Shown: positions 49,280 to 59,451 of the stretch, piece after piece
Position numbering within the stretch: the first letter of the stretch is position 1
How the letters are laid out: the number at the start of each line of letters is the position of its first letter
DNA from: an uncultured Planctomycetia bacterium
Lineage (GTDB): Bacteria; Omnitrophota; Gorgyraeia; JABMRG01
Direction: 5' to 3'
NCBI GenBank assembly: GCA_964634945.1
Contig: CAZWMG010000001.1
Coordinates: 2,405 to 66,404, forward strand
Length of the DNA stretch: 64,000 nucleotides
Position numbers and translations under genes: made by a program
Notes under the pieces: generated by a model
Seen by the model: only the letters and a program-made list of their open reading frames with translations
The model's database searches: none
What the model was told of the DNA's origin: nothing

Positions 49280-50002
49280 TTACCTGCGCATCTTAGCCAA
49301 TAGGCGCAGTATCTCCAAATAGAGCCATACAAGAGTGACTATTAACGCAAATGCTCCGTACCACTCCATATACTTTGGAGCTTGGCGATTGGCGCCTTGC
49401 TCAATAAGATCAAAATCCAGCACAAGATTTAATGAAGCTATGATTACGACAAAAACACTAAAACCTATTCCAAGAAGTCCGTTACTATGGATAAAGCCTA
49501 TATTAGCGCCAAAAAAGCTCATTACCATGCTAACAAGATATACAACCATTATCCCGCCGGTCGCCGCAACAACGCCTAATTTAAAGCGCTCTGTTACCTT
49601 TATCATGCCTGACCTGTAAGCGCCTAACATGCAAAGAAGTACCGCAAATGTAAGCGCTACAGCCTGAATTACTATGCCGGGATATTGCGCGTTGAAATAT
49701 GATGATATTGTACCCAGTACAACGCCTTCAACAGCCGCGTAGAGTGGCGCTGTTATGGGTGAATACTCTTTTTTAAATATAGTTACCATGGCGATAATAA
49801 GGCCTATTATTATCGATGGAAAAAGCAAGACTGCCGATGCCTGTTGATTGCTCCAGACAAGGCTTGCTGTGATAAAGGCTATGATAAGCAGTAAGATTGT
49901 CTTATTCGCCGTACCGGAGATCGTCATCACGCCGGATGAGCTATTTGCGCCTGATACATCGAATACATCACCTCTTAATGCAGGGTTACCCGATCTAAAC
50001 AT
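49280..50002 (-). CDS. Bax inhibitor-1/YccA family protein
   Basis: MFRSGNPAL, LVLDFD, EWYGAFALIVTLVWLYLEILRLL. Confidence 0.88.
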   Translation of the reverse strand: MFRSGNPALRGDVFDVSGANSSSGVMTISGTANKTILLLIIAFITASLVWSNQQASAVLLFPSIIIGLIIAMVTIFKKEYSPITAPLYAAVEGVVLGTISSYFNAQYPGIVIQAVALTFAVLLCMLGAYRSGMIKVTERFKLGVVAATGGIMVVYLVSMVMSFFGANIGFIHSNGLLGIGFSVFVVIIASLNLVLDFDLIEQGANRQAPKYMEWYGAFALIVTLVWLYLEILRLLAKMRR

Positions 50003-50115
50003 CTCTTGCCTCCTTTTTCTTCTTTATGCCTAATTTTTTCATGAACCAGTTTCTGATACTGAATTGCGCCCTGTACCTTTGCCTGCATAGTTTATTCGGG
50101 AGTAGTTTCATATGC

Positions 50116-50481
50116 TTAGCATATCTTAATCATTGTCCCGGGGCCTACCTTGCGAAGCGCGGCCTTATCAATAATATCCGCATGAGCGATAAGAACAACC
50201 TCGCTCGCGGGAACCGGCTGCTCAGTAACACTCAACGGGGTCCTACCAAAAAAAAGACAGATACATCGGCCTTCGGGCCAGTAAGCTACATCGCCTACAT
50301 TTAAATCCGCTGTCAAAGGGTGAGCCGGGGCATCAATATCAGTATCACAATATATCTCATCCCCCCAGACCTTTACAGTAGATGTTATAGGTAGCACCTT
50401 ATCGATTGCTCGTAATGTTGGGCAATCTATGGCTTGTACATCGAGATCTACATCCGCCTGATTAATTATTATTTTTTTCAT
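50116..50481 (-). CDS. cyclophilin-like fold protein (DUF369)
   Basis: WGDEIY, GDVAYWPEG..CLFFGRTP. Confidence 0.85.
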   Translation of the reverse strand: MKKIIINQADVDLDVQAIDCPTLRAIDKVLPITSTVKVWGDEIYCDTDIDAPAHPLTADLNVGDVAYWPEGRCICLFFGRTPLSVTEQPVPASEVVLIAHADIIDKAALRKVGPGTMIKIC

Positions 50482-50485
50482 ATAG

Positions 50486-52168
50486 CTACATTACATTTAT
50501 AAGTATTGTTCCCCATACAGTGAGCAGTACATTGCCAAAGGCATACGGTGCTGTATAGCCAAGTACCGGGGTAGAGCTGTTGGCATCTTCCTGCAAAGAA
50601 TTAAGTGCCGGGGTTACAGTGCCCGCGCCTGCAAGCGCGCCTAAAAGAAGAACGAAGTTCATCTTGATAACCAACATACCGAAAATAAGGCCCACTATCA
50701 TAGGAAGAAGTGAAAGTATTACACCTGCTATGAATACACTGGCGCCTGTTGTCTTGAGCGCCTGCACCGCCTGTGTGCCTGCGGTTAGGCCAACACAAGC
50801 TATAAATAGGTTTAGTCCAAAATCCGTAAATATCCACTGGGCAGGACCCGGTATCTGGCCGAATGTTGGGCGTACGGAACGAAGCCAGCCAAAGAATAGC
50901 CCTGATACAAGTACGCCGCCGCCTACGCCCAATGTTATAGGGATACCCATAATTGGTATGGCTAAGAGTCCTATGAGCGTGCCAAGTACACAGCCTATGC
51001 CTACTGTTATCAGGTCCGTTACCATGGTGGGGCGTTCAGGATAGCCAAATTGCTTTACTGCTCGCTCGACATCATCTCTATCACCAGCTACCTGAAAGAT
51101 ATCGCATTTTTGTATAACAGTACTTTGAGTAATCGGTATCTCGTGGCCTTGTCTGGTAATCCGTCTTAAAAATACACCATGGGCGAGCTTGCTATCACCT
51201 ATCTGCTTGAGCGTCTTTCCTACCGCGTTATTGTTCAGTATGCATATCTCAAGTATTTCGCCAACGATATTAGTTGCCTTAGATTCTTCAACCTCGGGCC
51301 CTATCAGATTAGTTGCCTGAACAAAGCCACCCCTGCGGCCAAGTATGGCGAGTATATCATTATTCCTGATGATAGTATTTTGCTGCAGATCGATAAGCTT
51401 GCCATCACGCTCTATTTTGTCGATAGCAACCCTGGCTGAAAAAAGAGCCTCGATCTCAGATACAGTCTTTCCCTGTAGATCATTTTTTGCTTTATATACT
51501 CTGAGGCCAAGCTGATTTGACCAGGAGAAGAGCCCCTTTCTTATATCGAGGTCTGAGGAATCACCCATCATCTGTTTCTCTAGGTTTTTAGCCTCTACCT
51601 TCATATCTTTACCGAGTATCTTTGGCACTATCCTGAAGAATAAAACCAGTCCGCCTGTACCAAAAAGGTAGGTTATCGCGTAAGCTACAGCCACATTTGT
51701 ATTAAGTGTTGCTTTTTGCGCGGCTGACACACCAAGGTGGGCGATAGCGCCGTCAGCGGTACCTATCGCGGATGATTGTGTCATAGCGCCTGCCAAAAGC
51801 CCTGCTGTAGTGCCCTTGTCAAAGTGAAATAGCTTACCAAGGACTATGGCTGTTATTAGCCCCGCAAAGGCGACCACTAGTGATATCCATAGATATTTTA
51901 GCCCATCTTTTTTTAGAGAACCAAAAAACTGCGGTCCTACCTTATATCCGATACAAAAAGTAAAGAGCGCAAAACCGATGTCCTTTACAAGTGCCGGTAC
52001 AACAACTCCTATCTGTCCGAGCGCGATCGCGGCTAAAAGAACACCGACGGTTGAACTGAGACTAAAACCCTTGATCTTTATCTTGCCTATAGCGTAACCG
52101 AGCGCCAGTGCCAGAAAGATTACTATCTGCGGATAGCTACGGCAGATATTCATCGCCTGTTGTATCAT
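50486..52168 (-). CDS. aspT: aspartate:alanine antiporter
   Basis: YKVGPQFF, AGAMTQS, AYAITY, TrkA-C-like central domains; coupled to aspD. Confidence 0.88.
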   Translation of the reverse strand: MIQQAMNICRSYPQIVIFLALALGYAIGKIKIKGFSLSSTVGVLLAAIALGQIGVVVPALVKDIGFALFTFCIGYKVGPQFFGSLKKDGLKYLWISLVVAFAGLITAIVLGKLFHFDKGTTAGLLAGAMTQSSAIGTADGAIAHLGVSAAQKATLNTNVAVAYAITYLFGTGGLVLFFRIVPKILGKDMKVEAKNLEKQMMGDSSDLDIRKGLFSWSNQLGLRVYKAKNDLQGKTVSEIEALFSARVAIDKIERDGKLIDLQQNTIIRNNDILAILGRRGGFVQATNLIGPEVEESKATNIVGEILEICILNNNAVGKTLKQIGDSKLAHGVFLRRITRQGHEIPITQSTVIQKCDIFQVAGDRDDVERAVKQFGYPERPTMVTDLITVGIGCVLGTLIGLLAIPIMGIPITLGVGGGVLVSGLFFGWLRSVRPTFGQIPGPAQWIFTDFGLNLFIACVGLTAGTQAVQALKTTGASVFIAGVILSLLPMIVGLIFGMLVIKMNFVLLLGALAGAGTVTPALNSLQEDANSSTPVLGYTAPYAFGNVLLTVWGTILINVM

Positions 52169-53772
52169 TAGCGGCTCCTTTTCTTAGGTACTTGCCAATC
52201 CTGATAATATTCATCGAGTAACTCACTTATGCCCCTGCCGATAGCCTCGTATCTATTATTGGGGAGATTAGCAAGTGAGACGCGGATCGACATATTCGGC
52301 GCGTCAAAGCCTCCTCCATCCATTAATACAACGGATTTTTTATCAGCAAGTTCCCATACAAAATCTATCGGCTCGTGTTTTTTAACGAGATATTTAGCAA
52401 ATTTCTCGCCGTAACGCCGCTTGGCTATCTTAGGAATGTCTATAGTTGTATAATAATGCGCGCTTGATGGGGTATCTTCAAACTCTATATCCATTGCGGA
52501 ATAAAGGGTCTTGTGTCTGTGGTTTACAATGTACTGAGCAACCTTTTTATATATATTTTTCTTATCAATCAGGCAGTATAGAGAAAATAGCACCATAATA
52601 ACCTGCTGAGGAGTTGATAGCCCGGCTGTATGGTGAAGCGCTACTGAGCGGCTATCCGCGACCATCCTCTCGATAAGTTTCATCTTGTCCGGATTTAATA
52701 TCACCGTGCTATAGCGTTTCCTTAGGGCATTTCTGTCCTTAGCCGGCAGAGCGGCTATCATCTTATCAAATACATTATTCTCGTGTATTCCTATGACACC
52801 TAATCGCCAACCGGTAGCGCCGAAATATTTTGAATATGAATATACAAGTATCGTATTTTTAGGGCATACGCTCGCGAGTGATTGAAAGCCATTGACAAAG
52901 GTACCATATACATCATCGGTAAGAATTATCAGGTCCTTGCGCTTCGTCTTTACGAGCTTGGCGATCTTTGCCAGTGTCTCCGGCTGCATAGCGACTGATG
53001 TGGGGTTCGATGGGTTGACCAGAAAGAACGCCTTAACTTTTGGGTCTTCGAGTTTCTTTATCTCTGAATCCGGATACTGCCAAAGTGATTTTTCATCCTG
53101 CTTAATCTCCAACTCTGTAAACTCATAATCATTTAAATGAGGTATCTCAAGATATGGCGTGAATATCGGTGTGCCAAGGGCTATCTTATCCCCTTTATGC
53201 AGTAGCTTATTCTCCATCAGGCTGGTAAATATGTAATCCATTGCCGCTGTTCCGCCTTCTGTAGCAAAGAGGTCAAATCGGCCTGCGGGCGGGCTATTAT
53301 TGCACATCTCCTGCACTAAGTATTGATGCACAACCTTATCAACGCTATTTAGTATCCTGTCAGGTTCCGGATAGTGGTCTCCCAGAATAGCATCGATCAT
53401 CTCCTGGACAAATTCATCGGGCTTAAGTTTAAGTGTTTTGTACGCATATTGAAAGGCATCTGCCAAAAACTTGATACCCGGAAGAGACTTGTTTTTCTTA
53501 AGAAAATAATCCAGCCGTTTTGATATGTTCTTCTTCTCAGACATCATGCCGATACCCGGGAGGTCTACATTGCGCAGAGACTCTTCGGCGGCAAAGAGCC
53601 CTAGCTGGAAAAATCCCTGCCGCGGAATAGCTGCTAACCAGTTTGGATTGCCCCTGCCGGCATTTAGCATCACCCTTTCGTGGTGAGTCTTTGCCATTTT
53701 AATTAATTTGTTTTTAAGCTCAAACGGGCTTAGGCCCTCGTACTTTTTTTGCATCTTTACGATACGTTTCAT
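52168..53772 (-). CDS. aspD: aspartate 4-decarboxylase
   Basis: LSPFELK, NAGRGNPNW, TEGGTAAM, YSYSKYFGATGWRLG, HTAGLSTPQQ. Confidence 0.92.
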   Translation of the reverse strand: MKRIVKMQKKYEGLSPFELKNKLIKMAKTHHERVMLNAGRGNPNWLAAIPRQGFFQLGLFAAEESLRNVDLPGIGMMSEKKNISKRLDYFLKKNKSLPGIKFLADAFQYAYKTLKLKPDEFVQEMIDAILGDHYPEPDRILNSVDKVVHQYLVQEMCNNSPPAGRFDLFATEGGTAAMDYIFTSLMENKLLHKGDKIALGTPIFTPYLEIPHLNDYEFTELEIKQDEKSLWQYPDSEIKKLEDPKVKAFFLVNPSNPTSVAMQPETLAKIAKLVKTKRKDLIILTDDVYGTFVNGFQSLASVCPKNTILVYSYSKYFGATGWRLGVIGIHENNVFDKMIAALPAKDRNALRKRYSTVILNPDKMKLIERMVADSRSVALHHTAGLSTPQQVIMVLFSLYCLIDKKNIYKKVAQYIVNHRHKTLYSAMDIEFEDTPSSAHYYTTIDIPKIAKRRYGEKFAKYLVKKHEPIDFVWELADKKSVVLMDGGGFDAPNMSIRVSLANLPNNRYEAIGRGISELLDEYYQDWQVPKKRSR

Positions 53773-53951
53773 TAAAAACCCCCTTATATTTATTAATAAT
53801 ATATAGTTATTGTACGCTTTGGAGGCGGGCTTTTCAAGATAAGAATTACAAATTATTAGAAAAAAAAAGGGACGGCTCTATTTTCACGGCATTGCTTTGC
53901 TATGAAAAATAGAGACATGCCCTTTTTTGTATTTTTTATATTCTTATGTAA

Positions 53952-54197
53952 TTATTTAGAGAACTTATTATATAACCAGGCGATCGCTAAACCACCTATA
54001 CCCGCGTCAGCAAAGCCCCAAAGGCCTCCGATAATACTGCCTAATAATGTTGGGGCATAACCTATGTACAAAGTTGCCATAGCGCCCTCGATGCCCGCCC
54101 CCCAATCGCTAAAGGTGTTCATGAGCCCTAAGAATAGCATAGCGGCTCCCCAAATAATACCACAGGCAAGTCCAAATGCTTTTACATTAAGCTTCAT
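53952..54197 (-). CDS. small two-TM protein (family often labelled holin-like)
   Basis: MKLNVKAFGLACGIIWG...GSIIGGLWGFADAGIGG..AWLYN. Confidence 0.7.
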   Translation of the reverse strand: MKLNVKAFGLACGIIWGAAMLFLGLMNTFSDWGAGIEGAMATLYIGYAPTLLGSIIGGLWGFADAGIGGLAIAWLYNKFSK

Positions 54198-54232
54198 TTA
54201 AACGCCTCCCCTTTTTTAGTGTTCGGCTAAAA

Positions 54233-55066
54233 TTAGTTAGCGGGGCAGAAATTAGTTACTGCCGCTTTTTTTGAACCTTCATCGGAAGATACGGACTGCG
54301 TCGCTATCTTCTTTCTTTGCTCTTTGGCGTCCTTTACCTTCTGTTCGTCTCTTGCAGCGCTTTGTTTCATGCGCCAAAGTTTTAGGTTATTCCTATATTC
54401 TTTTTTTGCAGTATTCATCTTCGCGCCTATCGCTTCCTTGTCCTCGGTATATTGTTTGCGCACAACCAGTTCTTTGTCCCTTGACTTGGAAAGAATCTGA
54501 TTCTTAGTAGATGACTTTTGAGTCATATCAGTTATAGCGGCGATTTCGCTATCAGCGTCTTTTCTGATCTTCAGAATAGCGTTATCACGCTTTTTCTGCA
54601 ATGCTTTAATCTTTGCCTTTAGCTCGGCCATCTTTGCTTTATATGCTTCGTTATCCGGGTCTTTTGCCAGACGGTCGATCTGCTTTGTCAGCCTCTTAAT
54701 GGCTTTTTTACATTTATGGTATTCTGTTTTTAGCCTATTATTCTCTGTAGCGAGCGGTTTCTTATTCTTATAATATTCTTTTCGTAATTTTTCCTGCTCT
54801 ATCTTGGCTGTACGGATATATTCCTTATCACTGACAGATGCCTTGTTTTTTAAAAGGCGCTGTCTCATAGCCATATCCGCGACTTCGTACTCATTTGTTA
54901 ATTTTTTTAACTTGGACTTCTGTACTGTTAATTGCTTTGTAAGCTTAACTAGTTTTGCCTGTTCCTTTTTCAATTCCGCGGCATGGTCCACTGCCGCGAA
55001 TGATGTTACCGGCACGCATAGAGTGAATGCCAAAACAGCCATTAATATCCTTCTTGCCATATTCAA
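54233..55066 (-). CDS. exported lysine-rich coiled-coil protein
   Basis: Signal peptide ending SFA; heptad K/E-rich sequence. Confidence 0.7.
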   Translation of the reverse strand: MNMARRILMAVLAFTLCVPVTSFAAVDHAAELKKEQAKLVKLTKQLTVQKSKLKKLTNEYEVADMAMRQRLLKNKASVSDKEYIRTAKIEQEKLRKEYYKNKKPLATENNRLKTEYHKCKKAIKRLTKQIDRLAKDPDNEAYKAKMAELKAKIKALQKKRDNAILKIRKDADSEIAAITDMTQKSSTKNQILSKSRDKELVVRKQYTEDKEAIGAKMNTAKKEYRNNLKLWRMKQSAARDEQKVKDAKEQRKKIATQSVSSDEGSKKAAVTNFCPAN

Positions 55067-55138
55067 CCTCCTCTTTTTTATATCTTCACAATTTTTATTA
55101 TTCTACCCCTTTTTTATATTGATTACAAGAAGAAAAGG

Positions 55139-56038
55139 TTAACCTGACATATAATAATCATAACTTAAATGCGCGATATCCGCTATAAGTTTTTTTGCCG
55201 AACGCGCACTCTTATTCTTATGGCTTATAAGGACACAGATAATAAAATCTCCATTATCAGTAAAGACTATGCCTACGTCATGACAAACCCCCTTTTCAAG
55301 GCCGGTCTTATGCGCGACTATTGTATCCTTAGGCAGCCTCCGCGGTATCCTGGTTCTGGATCTCTGCTCCTTTAGTACATCGAGGCATTCTTTGGATATT
55401 TCCTTATTAATGAGCTTGCCCTTGTATATTTTTTCAAGAAGCCTAACCATGTCTTTGGCAGTGGTATAATTTTCTATGCCTTTACTCCGTGAACGCATAT
55501 CCATCATAACCCGTGATAAATTCGTATCGGTCAGCCCAAACTTTTTAAAACACGCGTTAAGGTAATCAAAGCCCAAAAGCTTAATCAGCATATTGCTCGC
55601 CGTATTGTCGCTGATTGTGATCATAAGGTCTATGAGCTGGGTAACAGTCAGGGTTGTGCCTGAGCGCTTATTCTTTAAAATGCCTGAGCCGCCGGTCTTA
55701 TCGGCCTGTTTTAGTGTTATCTTTTCACCAAGTTTTATCTTGTCTTCTTTTGCCGCGTAAAAACACGCCGCCATTATAGGTATCTTTACTATGCTTGCCG
55801 AGGGTATCCTTGCTTCCGGGTCAATAACGATAAGCCATGATCTTTTTAAATTCTTGATAACAACTGATGGGTTGCCGCTAAAATCCTCTGTCAGGGCAGT
55901 AACATTTTCAGACAAGGTGTTCCAGCGCGCTTTCTCTTCTTTGTAGGAGGCGTAATAAGTTAAACCTATCCGGGCCAGAAATAAAACGCAGACTAGTAAA
56001 AAGACTGTTAATATAGGGTGTTTTTTTATTATTCGCAT
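55139..56038 (-). CDS. class A beta-lactamase-related serine hydrolase
   Basis: SIVK (SxxK), SDN, HKTG; N-terminal TM. Confidence 0.88.
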   Translation of the reverse strand: MRIIKKHPILTVFLLVCVLFLARIGLTYYASYKEEKARWNTLSENVTALTEDFSGNPSVVIKNLKRSWLIVIDPEARIPSASIVKIPIMAACFYAAKEDKIKLGEKITLKQADKTGGSGILKNKRSGTTLTVTQLIDLMITISDNTASNMLIKLLGFDYLNACFKKFGLTDTNLSRVMMDMRSRSKGIENYTTAKDMVRLLEKIYKGKLINKEISKECLDVLKEQRSRTRIPRRLPKDTIVAHKTGLEKGVCHDVGIVFTDNGDFIICVLISHKNKSARSAKKLIADIAHLSYDYYMSG

Positions 56039-56065
56039 ATGGTATTTTGGGAAAGGGGTTTGTTT

Positions 56066-56800
56066 TTAAGAAGGTTGTTTCTGCTTGTTAATCTCGTAAC
56101 AGAATATAGCGGCAGCCATCGCGACATTAAGCGAAAGCTTGGCGCCCTTCATGTCTAAGGTAACGCATAAATCGAGGTGCTTCTGTATAGCGGGTTTTAT
56201 GCCCGCTCCTTCAGATCCGAGTACAAGTGCTAATGGAAAAGGCAGACTCGTCTTTTGTATGTTGTCTCCATCCTTAACTACAGCGCCCGCTATCCAATAG
56301 CCATTTTGTTTAGCATTTGAAAGAGCGTTCAATGTGTTGCTTACCATCACAACAGGGGTATAGTTTTCACCGCCGGAGGCAACATGCATGACAGTATCGT
56401 TTATTTCGCAGCTTGAATGTCTAGGTATAACAACAGCGAACCCACCTGCGCAGGCGGTAATCCTTAATATCGATCCAAGGTTATGAGGATCCTTTATATC
56501 ATCAAGAAATATCAGGGTGGGCCTGTTAGTGTTTTTTGGTGAGACAAGGGTATCAAACTCAGTATATCTAAATCTTACTACCTCAGCGATAATGCCCTGC
56601 AGTCTATCAGCGCGCTTTATCTTATAGAGTTCTTTTTCGCGCATCTTTCTGGTAGAGACACCCTTACTTCGTATGAGGTGCAATATATGCGGCGCGTTAA
56701 AATTATCCTGTATATATATTGTCTTTATGCTTTCAGGATTAGTGATTAGACGCTCACATACTGAATTCTTGCCATAGAGATACATGCTGTTTTTTGCCAT
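56066..56800 (-). CDS. rlmB: TrmH/SpoU family RNA methyltransferase (RlmB-like)
   Basis: DPHNLGSILR, LGSEGAG, SLNVAMAA. Confidence 0.8.
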   Translation of the reverse strand: MAKNSMYLYGKNSVCERLITNPESIKTIYIQDNFNAPHILHLIRSKGVSTRKMREKELYKIKRADRLQGIIAEVVRFRYTEFDTLVSPKNTNRPTLIFLDDIKDPHNLGSILRITACAGGFAVVIPRHSSCEINDTVMHVASGGENYTPVVMVSNTLNALSNAKQNGYWIAGAVVKDGDNIQKTSLPFPLALVLGSEGAGIKPAIQKHLDLCVTLDMKGAKLSLNVAMAAAIFCYEINKQKQPS

Positions 56801-56839
56801 TGAAATGAGTACCCGCTGATCTGTATATCGCTAGTTGAC

Positions 56840-57076
56840 CTAGTTCATATTTGAGAGCGCTTCAGTCAGGATAGGCATCAATGATTCCATCTCATCTTTT
56901 GATACGCGGCCTAACTTAGCGAACTTCAGGTTATCCTGCTTATCTTTTGTCTCACGTGAGATCTGTATCTTTTTCTGCCCACCATTGTATGAATATATAC
57001 TTACTGTAAGGCGTCCATTATCGGTATCTTGTGACTTCGCGAACAACTGTTCGTCCAAACTATTATCGTATGGCAT
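56840..57076 (-). CDS. small conserved protein, PC4/YdbC-like by eye
   Basis: LTVSIYSYNGGQKKIQISRE...KLGR; GGGGAG RBS. Confidence 0.65.
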   Translation of the reverse strand: MPYDNSLDEQLFAKSQDTDNGRLTVSIYSYNGGQKKIQISRETKDKQDNLKFAKLGRVSKDEMESLMPILTEALSNMN

Positions 57077-57322
57077 TTACTCCCCCTTTTTTTTAATGAA
57101 CACATAGCTTATGTAGCGATAGCGACATAAGCTATTGTGAAAATTAACCCCATGCTTTGTTTCGCAAGGCGAAACAGTGGGGATGTGTTGATTGAAGAGA
57201 TAGAATACAATAGAAACATTGCTATGTCAAGCATAACAAGCAAGTACGGTTTTTTTGCTTAGCCTCACAAATAGTGCCTGCATTTGTAAAGAAAAAGATT
57301 GTGCCAGGATTATTTTAGCCAC

Positions 57323-58612
57323 CTATGCTCCATCGTGATTATGTGAGAAAAATTGCGAGATAAGGATCGTCGCTATGGATGTTAAGATAGCGAGAATTAA
57401 TACGGACGCGGCAATAAAAATATTTTCCAAAAGAACCGGCTTGATTATCAGGATTAAGCCTAAGAATAACATCATCAAACCGGAAACAAGCTTTAATACC
57501 TGGCCTTGCCACTCTGTTAATTTTTTTTGGTTTAGGGTCAAGCCTAGTATAAGGACGATTACAAGCAACGGTAAGACGTAGATAATGTTATAGAGTATCA
57601 GATATAAATAATACTGTATTAACGGAAGGTTTGCCAGTGTAAGAACCCGTGTATATATAAGAGGAAAACCTGCTGTACAAAATAATTCATAAGTATTGGC
57701 CATTACCCCTAATGCAATGGTTGCGAAGATTAGTGATGGCAAAGACCCCTTGCTGATCAAGTTCCTCATGCGCTCAAAGAGCTTAGGCTTTGCCTGTTCT
57801 GATATCAATAAGGATGGGCCTTTTTTAAAAAAGAAAAAATCCTTTATGTTAATCGCGGCAATAATTACAGCGATCGCTCCCGCGGCGGATGTGATCAAAT
57901 GAAGACGCCCCATAAAAATAAAAAGATTTAGCCACGCCGCCATAAAAAGAAAGTATATAAAACCGGAAAAGAATACGAATATTGCGCCTACGAAAAATAT
58001 TCGTTTTCGCGAACCGGAACGCACCAAAAGACTTAAAAGGATAAGCAATACAAAAAAAACACATGGGTTAAACGCGTCAAAACTCGCAAGAAGCAGGGTA
58101 ACAACAGGCAATGAGATATTTGATGGCTCGATCTCGCCGAAAAATGGAAGCGTTATGCGCTTTGTCTCTTTTGTGTGCTGAGTATTACCCTGAAAAATAA
58201 CGGATGGTGACTCTACTAATGGATCTACGCATTTATTTTTGAGGCAGTACTCTATTCTGTTTTCTATCTCCCGGGCAAAAGAAGCGTTATACCCGATCCA
58301 ACTCTTATTATCAATAAAAGTAGCGGGAACAACAGGTGAACTTATGTTAAAGCGCCTGGCAATTCCGGAAAAGATAATCGCGTTGTCACTATTGTTTAGC
58401 GATTCGTAAGATCTAATCTCAATCTGAGGGTATTTTTTCTTTAGATCCTGCAGGAAAACTTTCTGATGTTCACATTCTCCACAGCCTATTCCCCAAAAAA
58501 AATATATGGGTATCTTTTTTGCGTTTGCCGCATGAGCAAAACCGGGTATCAATGCTAATAATACGCAAAAGAATACAAATTTAAAAACTCGTAGCTTCAT
58601 ATATCGGTCCAA
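57323..58612 (-). CDS. glutaredoxin-like domain plus CcdA/DsbD-like membrane protein
   Basis: FWGIGCGEC (CxxC), VP; DAFNPC and ELFCTAG TM cysteines. Confidence 0.85.
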   Translation of the reverse strand: MDRYMKLRVFKFVFFCVLLALIPGFAHAANAKKIPIYFFWGIGCGECEHQKVFLQDLKKKYPQIEIRSYESLNNSDNAIIFSGIARRFNISSPVVPATFIDNKSWIGYNASFAREIENRIEYCLKNKCVDPLVESPSVIFQGNTQHTKETKRITLPFFGEIEPSNISLPVVTLLLASFDAFNPCVFFVLLILLSLLVRSGSRKRIFFVGAIFVFFSGFIYFLFMAAWLNLFIFMGRLHLITSAAGAIAVIIAAINIKDFFFFKKGPSLLISEQAKPKLFERMRNLISKGSLPSLIFATIALGVMANTYELFCTAGFPLIYTRVLTLANLPLIQYYLYLILYNIIYVLPLLVIVLILGLTLNQKKLTEWQGQVLKLVSGLMMLFLGLILIIKPVLLENIFIAASVLILAILTSIATILISQFFSHNHDGA

Positions 58613-59236
58613 CTATTCTACCTCTGATTCCAGATTTGTTATTCTTAATTGAAGCTCTTTTATCTGCAATTGCTGTTCCTTGACAGCTTCAAGAAGCACT
58701 GCTGTAAAATTATCATATCTGACATATTTAATGCCCTCTTTATCTTCCATTACTAATTCAGGGAACTCACTTTCTAATTCCTGGGCTATAAGGCCAAGCT
58801 GTAAACCATCCTCTTTGTCCCGATCGCTGTCCTTCCAATTAAATTGTACGCCGCGTAATCGCATAAGCCTATCTAAAACTGTCTCTAAATTGTATATATT
58901 GGTCTTCAACCTCTCGTCCGATGTAATTAAGTTTCCGGCAGTATAACTGTTTGCTGAACAATACAAGATACCATTTACATTTAATTTATATGCTCCTGGA
59001 ACCGCTGTCCCGATACCGACACTACCCTCTACTAACAAATCAACAGGATCAGCAGGCATAGCGTATGTAGAACTTATGACCATTTTATTAGCAGTCAGTT
59101 CATCATAATCACCGTATGGCGCGGGATAAAAGGTGCTCAATGTAATTTGCTCTTCCGCGAAAGACGGCACTACATAGGCAGCAAGAGAAAAAACCAATAG
59201 CAATGCAACAAAAATTTTCATATTCCTACCCCCCAT
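58613..59236 (-). CDS. exported protein with YPAPYG N-motif and peptidase S74 intramolecular chaperone domain (likely start 59221)
   Basis: Signal peptide; ITLSTFYPAPYGDYDEL; GSVGIGT; TSDERLKTNI...GLIAQE; coiled-coil end. Confidence 0.85.
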   Translation of the reverse strand: MGGRNMKIFVALLLVFSLAAYVVPSFAEEQITLSTFYPAPYGDYDELTANKMVISSTYAMPADPVDLLVEGSVGIGTAVPGAYKLNVNGILYCSANSYTAGNLITSDERLKTNIYNLETVLDRLMRLRGVQFNWKDSDRDKEDGLQLGLIAQELESEFPELVMEDKEGIKYVRYDNFTAVLLEAVKEQQLQIKELQLRITNLESEVE

Positions 59237-59307
59237 TTTTCACATTGTTTTATATGTAGAATTATACCATATAAAAAAAACTAATAACAAGTTAAAAGCA
59301 TAAAAAG

Positions 59308-59407
59308 CTAGATTCTTCCCGCCGTAGGCGACTGCCTGCCGGTAGGCAGTCGCTGGCGTGGCTTCGGTCAGCTTCTAGATTCTTCGCACTTCGCGCTCAA
59401 AATAACA
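59308..59407. repeat. REP-like hairpin cluster
   Basis: CTAGATTCTTC twice; hairpin GCGACTGCCTGCC/GGTAGGCAGTCGC at 59328-59353. Confidence 0.5.
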
Positions 59408-59451
59408 AGGGGCTTAACTTTACATTTTCAGTATTGCACTTTTTTGTAAAG

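Noticed and set aside
55139-56038. Bona fide antibiotic-resistance beta-lactamase
   Set aside because: SxxK, SDN and KTG are present, but the class A omega-loop Glu motif is not evident (LSRVMMD), so a related serine hydrolase is more likely.
53952-59236. Prophage (holin-like gene plus S74 protein)
   Set aside because: The genes are scattered among housekeeping genes, with no capsid, terminase, portal or integrase.
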